Source: Antedon mediterranea (taxonomy: Eukaryota > Animalia > Echinodermata). From it: DNA of 64,000 nucleotides. Each line of letters begins with the position of its first letter. Position 1 is the first letter of the stretch. The stretch covers positions 27,980,871 to 28,044,870 of the forward strand of contig NC_092676.1 of the NCBI RefSeq assembly GCF_964355755.1, read 5' to 3'. Of the stretch, positions 23,901 through 34,910 are shown piece after piece. Both the position numbers and the translations under genes were made by a program. The notes under the pieces were generated by a model. It searched no databases, was not told the DNA's origin, and saw only the letters and a list, made by a program, of their open reading frames with translations.

Positions 23901-26900
23901 GTGTTTTGGGGGAGATTCTGGTAATTTATCAGTCTTCTTACACAAGTCATGCTAAATCTAACCTCATCATCATTGATTATTTATTTCGGATATGGTTACG
24001 TCATCAACATAGTAATGTCCAATTTATGTGGATTAATGAATGAACACTTCAACATGATTTTAAAACGAAACTGTTGTAGAAATGCGTGAAATTTGAATGT
24101 TGTTGATAGTATGTTTGTAGTTTGTGTAAAGAGATTTATTAAGTTAGTTTACCGTCTGAATAATTGGTGTATTCTTTTTCAAGTTCAAAAGAGAAAGTAC
24201 GTATAATGAATTTAGAGTATTTGAATGGATGGATATCGACCAAATGTACTTTAATAAATGTAAATTTCAATTGCCTTACACCTCCAACACCAAATCGCCA
24301 AAAATAATCTTTTGAGCTATTTTACAATATCTTTGTTTACAAATATGCGTAAACAATAAATTAAAAATAAATTTTGAGAAAAATAAGAACATAAGATTGA
24401 GGTTATAAACTGGATGGAAATAAAACAAAACGAAAGAACGAAAGGAGAAAAATGTGAAACCATCTAAAAACAAACAAAATCAATAATTAATGATTTAAGT
24501 TATCATTGTAACTTTAAAACATCTCCAATCCAATAAAAAATAAGTAAATAAGTGAAAAAAAAAATATTTACAATATTGAAATGTTGGCATTAGGCCTATC
24601 GAAATGTTTTACAAAAAGAAAAGAAGAAAGAACGGATGACAGAGGTCATGAGACACGACGAGTTTAATTTATTCATGTTCGTTTAAAGAGTTTTCATTGT
24701 CTAACCACAAATATGTAAATTAGTTGCGTGTGTGTAATGAGATTAATGAGTTTGAATGAATTAAGTATACGACGACATGGGGGTTCACACGTAATGTTTA
24801 GCAAACATTGCCCTAAGCATTACCATCAGTCATATATATATATACCTAAATAGTATAGTAAGAAGAACTCCTTATTTGGAGTTGAATATTTTGCATTAAA
24901 ATAATATGATACTATGATTGATAACAATGAGAATCTAATCATCATGAATAATGAACGTTGTCACTTATTATGATGACAGCGGCATTCATACAGTGCAGCA
25001 GAGGAGGGATAAACATAGCAGCATGTAGAATTACAATAACTATTACAGTCCTTTAACTCGGTAACGCACAAAGAGACAAATTACGCGTGTGTACGCGTGC
25101 AATTATTGAGATGAACGCGAGTAAACTGAGCGCGTACTTCTTGATGACTGTCTATGATAGCAAACTATTAATATGTAGTATACAACAAAACGATTATTTT
25201 AGGATATATTATTGTGTAGGCCTGTTCAAATATTTTATATTTACATTCTTAAAACTGTTTAAAACGATAAAACAGTAATAGTATACATTTATATTGATGT
25301 TACAAAAGACGCTAAACAAAATACATTTTATGGCAAATATCAGGAATTGTACTCTTTCTGCTAATATTAAGTGATAATAATCATTAGTTTTATTCTTGGA
25401 AACCATAAAGAGATGATGTGAAAATAAAAATTGTGTGTAAAACTGGTATAATTTTCAACCTATTACATTTACAAATTTCATTTTCATTACAATTTTATTA
25501 TTTTCCCCATTAACGAAAAACACTTGTTTCAACATCTATTAGGTAAAATGTGTGACAATTTTCTTGAGATATAGGTCTATCGTTATTTTAAAAGTATTAC
25601 TGCAAGAAATATTTAAAGATTTGTTTCAATTGATGCATTTTAATATAGTAATGTAATATGCATATTTATTATTGATAAAGTAACGGTAAACGTATGGCTT
25701 ATATACACAGTGTACTGCTACTACATGTATATTGTATAACTCATAATTGTTTATAAATATAATTTTAGGGTGATCTTATAACACTGCAATAATTATACTT
25801 TAGAACTATAGGCCTATCTGTTAAATTTTAGTTTCTTTGTTGTTTTTTAAAGTTATATAATTCGTTAATAGAGTTCTATTGTTGTTGATTTCTATTGAAA
25901 CGCTTACTTATTTTTTATTTAGGCCTTAATTATTGTCAAGCGTCTACATTTTGCTCTCTCAGGCGGCCGACTAAACACGCCCAGGCCCGGCAAACAACGC
26001 TCTCTCGGGCGGACAAAACACGCTCAAGCCCGGCAAACAACGCTCTCTCGGGCGGAAGCATCTTTCTTTGCGATTGCCCGCGCGTATTTCTCTGCTAACT
26101 TTCATTGAAATGATTTTGATGTTTTTTTTGTTGCATAGTAGAGATAAGGTTTTAACACTAACAGTGGTGAATGTTCAGTCATTGTTTTGTGAACAGCAGT
26201 TATTTTCAAGTTAAAACAGTATGACCAGTAAAACATAATTCATATTCATACTCATGCGGTAAACCATAGAAACAATTTTTATCAAGTTACTTAATCGTAG
26301 TTACTTACTTAGCCTTCTACCGGTACTTAAATAATAAAAAAGATGCTGCCCTCTGCCTTTATAGTTACATGTAAGTACACAGTTAATAGTTGAATTATTA
26401 ATATTATTAATTAAATCTATTATAAGATGCGACTAGGTATGTCCATGGTTCACTGGAGTAATGAATTAATTACACAGTCTTCTGCTTCTCTAACACACGA
26501 GATTTATTAAAGAACCAGCTGGCATGCCTATATATCTTATTAAACTCGAGGCCTTGTTTGCATATCAACTTCAACAACAATTAACATCAGTCCACTTCTT
26601 TGGCTTCGGACATGTTTAATAATATTGTTTATATTTTCTATATTAATTTTTTCTGGGAGTTTTTTTTTATTTAGCTTTTTGCTCATTTTATTTTGATCCA
26701 GCCACTGATACCCACAGCATTGTCATTTTTTCCCAATAATTTGCCGTTGGATTTATAATATTTTCTATTATTCATTTTCAATGATACCGGCGTACAAGTG
26801 AATTATTGCATGGATGCCTATACACCCTAGGCCTACGGTTCTCGCATTGTTAATTCTGGGATATCAATTTAAAATAAAATGTTTTGAAAATATTTTACAA

Positions 26901-28734
26901 TAGTGATAGGTGGAATCCTGGAGGTACCAGGATGCCCGAGAACCCCCGTCCATCATTAAAATACATAGATAAATAAATGTTGGTAATAATTCAAGAAAAT
27001 CGGAAGCAACATTACCTTTACTTCATAACTCTGCTCTTATCGATACAATCTAAAGCGATTGCCGTAAGGCTTAAAACAATTATCAAAATTAACACGGATC
27101 AAAATGAAAACAAAACATTTAAAATGTTTTCGTTTCGTCTCATTATCATCCTTCATTAACTGATACTGATCTCAACCGATTAACATTTAATGCATTGTTT
27201 TCAAACATTCCACAGCATAATTGTAAAGATACAGTATATCAACATTTTTTTCTTCGGTATTTCTTCTCTACTATTTCAATATTATAATATATTCATCATC
27301 GCACCATAATGCGACGCGCAAGTTGACGCACGCGTATAAACGTATTGATTACGCGCGCGTATTATTCATGTTGCTTCGTTGTTCTTGGGTTGTTATAAAG
27401 TTGATGTCCCAAGACGTAGGTAATAATGTGATTAATCGGTTCATTTGCAAACATGGCTCAACAGTGCCGAGGATACAAAATGAATGTCAACAAAAGAAAC
27501 TTCAATTGCTGTTGGATATTGATACTGGATACTGGAATGTTTTATTTGCATCATCATCATCATAATTATCATCATCATATAATGTTGCCATCTAACAAAT
27601 AAATATATTTTTCCAAAAACACTGAATCGAATTGTCGAAAATGTTATAATATGTTCAACTCATTTGCATTACCAAACAAATATTTAAACTATTGTAGAAT
27701 AGAAAATAATATGGTATGATATGAAGACTGGAGGCATACTTTATTTGTATAGAAATGAAATGCAATGAAAATACATACATGTATATATTTTGAATGATTT
27801 AATAGACACATCATATTAGTTTGACATAAGTGAACTTAGGCATACTAAAACAGATTAAATAAATTAACTAGCCTTTCAAAATATAACAGAGTGATTTAAA
27901 AGAGTTTAAAGTGATGTCATCAACTAACTTTGTAACTTAATAAACATGTAATCAATTAATTACACAAGCAGGGCCTAATGAGATAAGTATATAATTAATT
28001 ACATTATAAATAACATGATTAATGGAATATAAGATCACACGTGTTGCGTTATTGAAGCTATACGAAACTTAATAGTGAAATTAATAATCTACCGGTAACA
28101 AATTGGTTTGTTTATGAATATATGATATTAATTGTATGCAATGTTATTGTAAGTTTTTTACATCAAACCACACGTAACTCGTTAGTATATGAGAACTTAT
28201 TTCTTCATGGTATAGTAGTAACATCACGAAACACAAATTTGGCGCGCGCGTTCGAAAGTTGATAATAACCGTACGAATTTGATGCGCGCGTAATATTCAT
28301 TCCATTTTTAGACTCATACTTAAGTTATTTATAGTAGGCCTACAGAGAGTACAGACTTAAAAAGTGATAATGTAGATTGTTGCGGGAAAGTATTATCAAT
28401 ACCGTACATTGTAACAGTCTTTATGATATATAATGCTACAGGTTATAATGAATTTATTTTATTTTAAATTGGTAATATTTAAAAAAATAAAATTATTTAA
28501 TATTAAAAAACACGTACCTTGGGGAGGGCTGTCGACTGCTGTGATTGGAGGAGGTCTTGAGTTGCCTAGTATTCCGTCAATTGAATGTTGCATCCCGTAA
28601 CTATTTCGATTTCCAGCGACGGAATTTCCAACATGCTGGTCGTCCGCTGGTAACCCTCCGAAACTCTTTTCAAGAGAAATTCCGCCATAATTTTTGGCAC
28701 AGATGGTGTCTTCACCAGTTGTGTTATAGATCAT
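8561..28734 (-). CDS. Alx: Alx-family (aristaless-like/Cart1) PRD-class Q50 homeobox gene A, about 335-339 aa; complement(join(8561..8908,9465 or 9477..9608,19970..20280,28518..28734))
   Basis: Homeodomain [46 protein letters not shown]|[14 protein letters not shown] with the PRD-class intron between codons 46/47; Alx-type post-HD motif [12 protein letters not shown]; [20 protein letters not shown]; eh1/octapeptide HSIDGILG in exon 1; intron phases 1,0,0 with GT-AG. Alx1 versus Alx4/Calx cannot be settled without a tree; no D2-like insert is present. Confidence 0.93.
9309..9429. mobile_element. MITE copy 2 in Alx gene A intron 3, flanked by TTAA
   Basis: Shares atgtgtgatgtgcccaaatatggtagtgatatg with the reverse complement of copy 1; TTAA at 9305-9308 and 9430-9433. 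Confidence 0.8.
9465..9608 (-). CDS. Alx: Alx gene A exon 3 (helix 3 and [12 protein letters not shown]); donor after 9477 or 9465
   Basis: ttttgtag|[44 protein letters not shown](|gtaggc)VGLQ|gtaagt. Confidence 0.93.
12404..12520. repeat. Degenerate 34-bp tandem repeat (TTGTACGCGCGC... x about 3.5)
   Basis: TGTACGYGC recurs at about 12405, 12439, 12473 and 12507. Confidence 0.7.
16528..16725. repeat. 98-bp tandem duplication (2 copies)
   Basis: caactaggcctaaac.taaacagcctctaaggcccacattaaaatataaaca at 16543 and 16641. Confidence 0.92.
17351..17653. repeat. About 141-bp diverged tandem duplication (about 2.2 copies)
   Basis: aaaaacctgtgtcg.aatttcta...cgtcttatgcgtta.aaga.g..gtgtttttgtaaagt repeated at about 17397 and 17538. 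Confidence 0.85.
18245..18645. repeat. 37-bp minisatellite, about 10.8 copies (TTAGGCCTAGACCCTGTCATTGCAGGGTCCATAGAGC), Alx gene A intron 2
   Basis: Units start at 18245, 18284, 18321, 18358 ... 18617, head to tail with no spacers. Confidence 0.97.
19970..20280 (-). CDS. Alx: Alx gene A exon 2 (charged linker and homeodomain residues 1-46)
   Basis: Pyrimidine tract ending tcggtag|AT; DSSPTKD...[14 protein letters not shown]...EARVQ|gtaaaa. Confidence 0.95.
25961..26095. repeat. GC-rich short duplication (GCCCGGCAAACAACGCTCTCTCGGGCGGA x2), probable transposon subterminal relic
   Basis: Two identical 29-mers about 43 bp apart plus a degenerate third. Confidence 0.7.
28518..28734 (-). CDS. Alx: Alx gene A exon 1 (ATG, eh1/octapeptide HSIDGILG)
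   Basis: [18 protein letters not shown]...[16 protein letters not shown]...PPQ then G|gtacgt (phase 1), matching the phase-1 acceptor at 20280. Confidence 0.85.
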
Positions 28735-29650
28735 GGTATTTTTTTTTTGGTATATCTATAATCAAAACACAATTCGAATGTTAGGCCCTAGATGAGATCG
28801 AGATGCAAGCAATGACTGAATGGATGAATGTAGACCGGTTCGATTGTATCAATAATATCTAACAACAACCCTTTTCAAGGTCTGGGTTACCCTAACTGCG
28901 TGTTAATGTGACAGAAAATAAATGTTGCGTTAGCCAGATTGCTCAGTTTCCCATCCTACCGTGGCGTGACAAGTAACAGAAAAGATCCCGGCAGCTTGTT
29001 ATCGCTTTATCAAAAAAACAGCGTGCCAATTTTTTAAATGACCTTGAGACCGCCCTCACTCTTCCACTATTTACATAGGTCAGGAAGATCTGACCAATCG
29101 TATAGGCCTGTTGACATTCTTTTCGTTGCATAGCAATAACAATCTTTCATCTTACCGCGTTTGCAGCCTCTTTCTGTACAGCAGTGAGCTGCCTACTGCG
29201 TTTCGTATGAACTTTAAATTAAATTTGTTGAGGGCCTAGCCTCGGGGTCCGCGACGGAACGTAACAGCAAAAAGCAAGTGTTACTGAATGAAAAGTTAGA
29301 TGAGTATCGGGTTGTGTTCTCCAACCAGGTAATCCGTGATCTTTCAAATTGACTTCTAAAAATGAATACGGATTGTAGCCATGAACCAATAATGTACTTT
29401 TCTTCCCACCCAGGCTTGCGGTTCAGAGACGAATTTGTCGGGGTGAACAAGAGCTTGCACTTCCCAACCCAGCAGACAATCTTAAGCTGTCAGCGTTGAT
29501 TTGAAGCGATGACTTTTCGCACGTCACACTCCCCCAACATAATACACACTTGGGCTTTAACTGATTACCAACTGTAACGCTGCATCCTTCTAACCGGGAT
29601 TCAATACTATAAATTACCGCCGTCGCTTTAACAAATTTTAACCCTTTACT
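28735..29650 (-). promoter_or_regulatory. GC-enriched 5'UTR/proximal promoter region of Alx gene A
   Basis: About 0.9 kb of CpG/GC-enriched non-repetitive sequence directly upstream of the ATG, with CCAAT near 29094 and 29386 and GGAA cores; TSS not determinable. Confidence 0.4.
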
Positions 29651-32600
29651 TTATAACATCTAATTCAATTGATTATTATTCATAGTTGATAGTATCATTC
29701 AATTCTAGTTAAATTTAATAACACGACATGGTGTGTTGGCTTGGTTTGGTATCGCGTGGTTACAATAAACAAAACTGTAATTGACGGCACGGTGCAACCA
29801 AAAAAAAAACAAAAAAAACAAACAAACTCAAGTCCTCGAATTAGGTAATCTTAAATTTACTCTCCATATAAAAAATAACAAAAGAGGAAAGCACATTATT
29901 AGTGAGAGTGAGAAAACAACAAAAAAGCCTGCAAAATGGTAAAATATTCGAAGTTAACGCAACATTATATTATTTTAGTTTATAACAATTGGTAATTCAA
30001 ACTTTCTTAACACAGTAAGGCCAACTCAAATCAGACATACTTTTATACTTTTCTAGTTACAAATCCACCCAATGTTGATACAGTATCTTGTTACAGATCA
30101 TTCTAAAGAAAAGAGGTAAATAATTGTAAAAATATTTAACCATCTGCAATTTATAACGAAATGCAAGTTAGTCCTATTTATTTTGTGGCATTTTGCCGAT
30201 CAGCTTATGTAGTAACTTTTAATGTATACAATCTAGGCCTAGTTAATGTCAATAACGTCAAATTAATATTTGTAAATGCTAAGTATAATGTTATTAATAT
30301 TATGTTGTGAATTGTTTTGTTAAGTTTGTCCCATGATAATTTGTCGAATTAAAACAGTTAAAAGTGCGTTACCCTTATTTGATGTAATTAATTCGCTAGA
30401 TGGTCATCATGATAGGGCAAAGAACAAGCTCCTAATCAAGTGATTTATACTGTTATGTAAATCTAATTACGGTATTTTACAAGTAAATGTCTTTTTTTTT
30501 TGTGCAACATTAACGATAGAAATGTTTGTTTAGAATACAACTTAAGAAAGCTGACAAAAAGTTAACACAGCGGATGTTTGACAGTTTGCACCAAGGACGA
30601 TTTACTCTTCCGTGATATCGACTAAAAGGTTAATGCGCGCGTACTGAAACAAGCACAATTTTCATCAATGTTTGAACGCGTGCGTGCAATAGGACTAAAG
30701 TAACGTAATTGATTAATTTTAAATCTGGGCATAAACATTACACAACATTTGAAAGAATAACCTGACTTTTAGAAATTATTTCCTATGAGATTTTAGTTAA
30801 AAACGAAAGATATTTTTTAATATATAAAAATGTATTGTAGGAGAGGTAGTGGAACTTGAAAACTCTCTTTTAATATTAAATCAACACGTCATTTTAGGTC
30901 TACTGCAGTCAAGTTAATATCAATAACAGTGACTTACACAAATTGCTGTGATGTTTTAAAGCAGTTAATTTATTATTCCTTGATTTCTTTTCGCTTGGGA
31001 AAACATTTTAATTAGTAAAGATAAATATTTCAACTGAAGATACAGATATGGTAATTCCTGACGATCCTGAAAATAAATGAATAATAATATGTTAGTTCAC
31101 CTGATTATTATGAGTATTGTCAGTCAGATTGTAGTTCTGTCGGAATTGAATTTTGCTTTTTCTCTAAAGCTTGATTGTTTCTAAATTACTCTTACAAAGT
31201 AGTGAACATTACAACGAATAATAATCAAAGCAGAACTTGATATTCCAGGCCTACTTACTGTTGGTACATACCGGGAAACACGCCTACTTGTAAATTATTG
31301 CTTAGCAAAAAGTCAAGTCAATGGTTTTACAGAACTCAAAACCTATCGCTTAATATAGGCCTACCAAGTTAAATTATAAAAAAAATAAATGTATAAACTC
31401 GACTCCTATTCTTGTTTAAAGTAACCAGAAATTCTGTTGTGAAAACAGCACTTCTAACGTCATAAATAGAGACAATATATAACGTCAAGTTACAATTTCA
31501 CCAATACTTGACAAAGCGTTTAAAATTAAAATGTTTTACAACAGAAATTATAAATATACTTCTTAGAACTTTCTAATATTAAAAGTCAAACTTCAGAAAG
31601 TGGCATCAGGCAGCTAAACAATGCGACAGATGCTATTAGCAGACGTTTCACTTTCTTCATGTGCATAAAAAGAACGTTTAGCCACATTTCCATCACAAAT
31701 TAAGTGAAAACAATAGTTTTAAATGCCTTATCATTTATTATTTGAAAGGTAAGTTTAAATTGGAATGAGAAGTTGAATTATCACCTATCATCGTAATGCC
31801 ATTGTTAGTATCATGTTAAACACCATCTTCACTCAACCATATGCTTCCAAACGCGCCAAGATGATAAAATATAGAATACATTGCACATCAAATTGTTTTA
31901 ATATCTGTGGCGAGGGACCCACCTACTACTTTTGTTTCTATTCCTCAGAGTGAAATTTCGGAACATGTTATTGAAATATCTGTAAATGGAGTTTTTATTT
32001 ATTTTACGTGTTTCAACAAAACGAACCAATTTATGACTTTACTATTGCAAGACACCTTGGTATTGTTTTAGAGTTCTTCTTTCATGGCATCAATTCTAAG
32101 TTTTAGTTTTTTATTTATTATACGTGTTTGACTAGATGTACATTGATGTCACTTTACGTTACTGAATCACTGGATATGGTAATGTCACAAAACAATCGAA
32201 TAACTCATTGTATTTCTGCTATAAATGCAAGCTTTAGTAAACTTGGAAATTATTTATTTTCATTATTTATCTTTTTTAACTTATTTGCATATAAACGAAT
32301 TTTTACGAATATACAAATAAATAAGAGAAAAGCACAGTAGAATTCGAAAGACAAATTGCTAAAACTCAATCACATGTACACGCATGAAACTCAATTGAAT
32401 TTACAAACAATCTGAAATGAAACATTATAAAGGTATTTGAAAACATTCGTATCATCTTGAATGTCCTTATAGTCTGTTAATATTTAGGTTTAACATAGAA
32501 AACGTTAGGCTCGTCAGGTCTACCGGCTGACGCATTTCACACGCCGATAAAACAGCTCTGACGTACGCTGCCTTCAGACATTAGAAACCTCGCCATGGGC

Positions 32601-34739
32601 TAAGGTTGTTAAGATTATGTTCCTTCCATTGTCTCCACCCTAAAAAGGAAGGGATATATTATGTGAATTTCCAGGTATTGCCAACGGTGCTGGATGAATG
32701 GATTAAGAAAGCAACACCTTATATGAACTAACACTGTTATTAATACATCAACAAACAGACGATCAACCTCAATTTAAAACTATTACAAAAAAAGAAACCT
32801 TTAATTATATTTCATCCATAAAATAAAAGACATTATACTATAATTAATAATAATAAATAATATGGTATACACATATTTGAAACGATTTATACAGCATTAA
32901 CACAATGACTATTAATACAAACTTTTTTTCCTGGTGAAACTTGTCTTAAAGCTTACCGTATTTGATTTCTCCAGTACGACGCATTAGCTATTAATTTGTT
33001 TCATATATGAATTTTGCTTTGTATAAATAACGAAATGAATAAATGAATTTAAAGTCATGAAAAACAATTAACTTGTAGGTCTACGAACATTATTGTCTTA
33101 GTAAAAAAAATTATTTAAAACATCATCAAAATACAAAGTGTTTCCTTTATGTTTAGGTACACATATTGTTTACACGCACGTGATGTGTTTTCGCGAATGG
33201 CTGCTTTAAATATATTTAATATACATAATATTATGGAGCACCCACCTTAAATGTTACGTGACCCCAGCGATCATTAGCACTTAAAATTGTCCCCTACATT
33301 GACCGTAAACCTAATGTCGAGGTTAAATATGGTTAATGTCAATATCATTTTTGTTCAAACTGTTGAAAGTAAAATGTGTGAACGGTATTCATATTATAAC
33401 CCTCACGGTCGACACTTTTAAAAGTTGATAAACCACAGGAACAGTTTGTTTTTAAATTAACAGAAAGGTGATAAATCTGTAAGATGTAGATACGGTGTAT
33501 TGGCACCAGGTTCATGGTTAAAAATATCCCCAAGTCACATTCGAATTTTTTTTCGATTTTTTTTGTAATGAATTATATCACCTTATAAACTTCTACAACT
33601 TTCATTTAAAACTTAAATTTTTGTTATTTTATTTTTACAGTAGTATCAATCAAGAGATAAATGTTACAAAATATAGTAGCCTATAATACAATATTTCACA
33701 TGCTTATAATTACAAATAAAAACTATTAAACCTAATAAATGGATACAAATGATTGGCTAATTAATTACATTAATCTGCATTAATCTGTACGATAATCTTT
33801 ATAATAATCTACTAATTACAAGACCGAATATGAACATTCAAGACCACACCTTTGTGTGAAGTCATTCCATGAAATACGAATGAATTTGATTGGCTAATAG
33901 AGACACAAACGATTCTCAAATAAATATATTATCAGACTTATCTTTCATCTTATTAATTTATTTATTAATTATTACGTAATTGGATCAAGCTATTAAACAT
34001 TGACTTGACTCGCAGTTGCGTGCGCGCGCAATTACTAATAATGATACGCGTTTGAGTAAATTCGTGAGGTGTCACTAACTTATAGGCCTAACTAGTACTA
34101 AACCAAAATAACTTGTTCAAGAGCAGGATAATAAATCTGAGATATTTTCTAGTGGTGTCAAAATGGCATTGATCCGCGGTCCAAACCTTTCGCCTGTAAT
34201 TAGTATTATTCCACCCTCCATATTGCCCTATGTATGAACCAGAGCGGCGTCTTACAGATTGGAACTTCAGGTTTACGATTTAAACAACCTAGGCCTATAC
34301 TTTCACTAGCCTCTATTGAAAAATAATTATTTATATTTTACTAAGTCTATATAATAATCTATGATAAAGAAAACTACGAGCCTTTTATAGAAAAATAATT
34401 ATTCACATTTTGTGTTCATTTAGGCCTATTTAAGTGTTTTATATAATATTTTATGATAAAGAAAACTAATATGATTCTTATGACACTTATAACACAACAA
34501 AACTATTTAAAAAAAATTATTTCTTTAAAATTCTTTAGTAAGGTCAGGAAGGAGTAACATCATTACTGTAATTTACGGTACTCTTGCCAACAAGAGGGTC
34601 AGCATAAAATTACTTTATTCATACAGTAAAAACTATAACGTTATAATATAAATAACTTGTTAGAATAGGAAGGTTATATATGCCTAATCTTTTACAAAAT
34701 CACATAATCTCATTATTCGTTAAAACTGTTTAACGACAT

Positions 34740-34910
34740 TAATAATAATAAAAATTAAAATAGGACTAATAACAATCCAGACTTGTCTATGCAGAAGGCT
34801 CAATGAACTTAACAGTAAAATAAAATGCCAGAAAATTAAGAAAAGTATGGGATAAAAGGGTGAGTTTTTAAAGCTGCTTTAAAATATGCAGTTGAAGTTG
34901 TCTGACGGAT
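34740..34910 (-). mobile_element. 3' fragment of an L2/CR1-group LINE
   Basis: Minus strand encodes IRQTTSTAYFKAALKTHPF (IR..S...FK..LKT.LF ORF2 C-terminal motif), followed by an L2-like tail ending TTATTATTATT. Confidence 0.6.

Noticed and set aside
8561-28734. Assignment to Rx, Arx or Pax3/7 because of HSIDGILG and OAR
   Set aside because: There is no paired domain, residue 50 is Q, and the [29 protein letters not shown] homeodomain with [12 protein letters not shown] is Alx-type.
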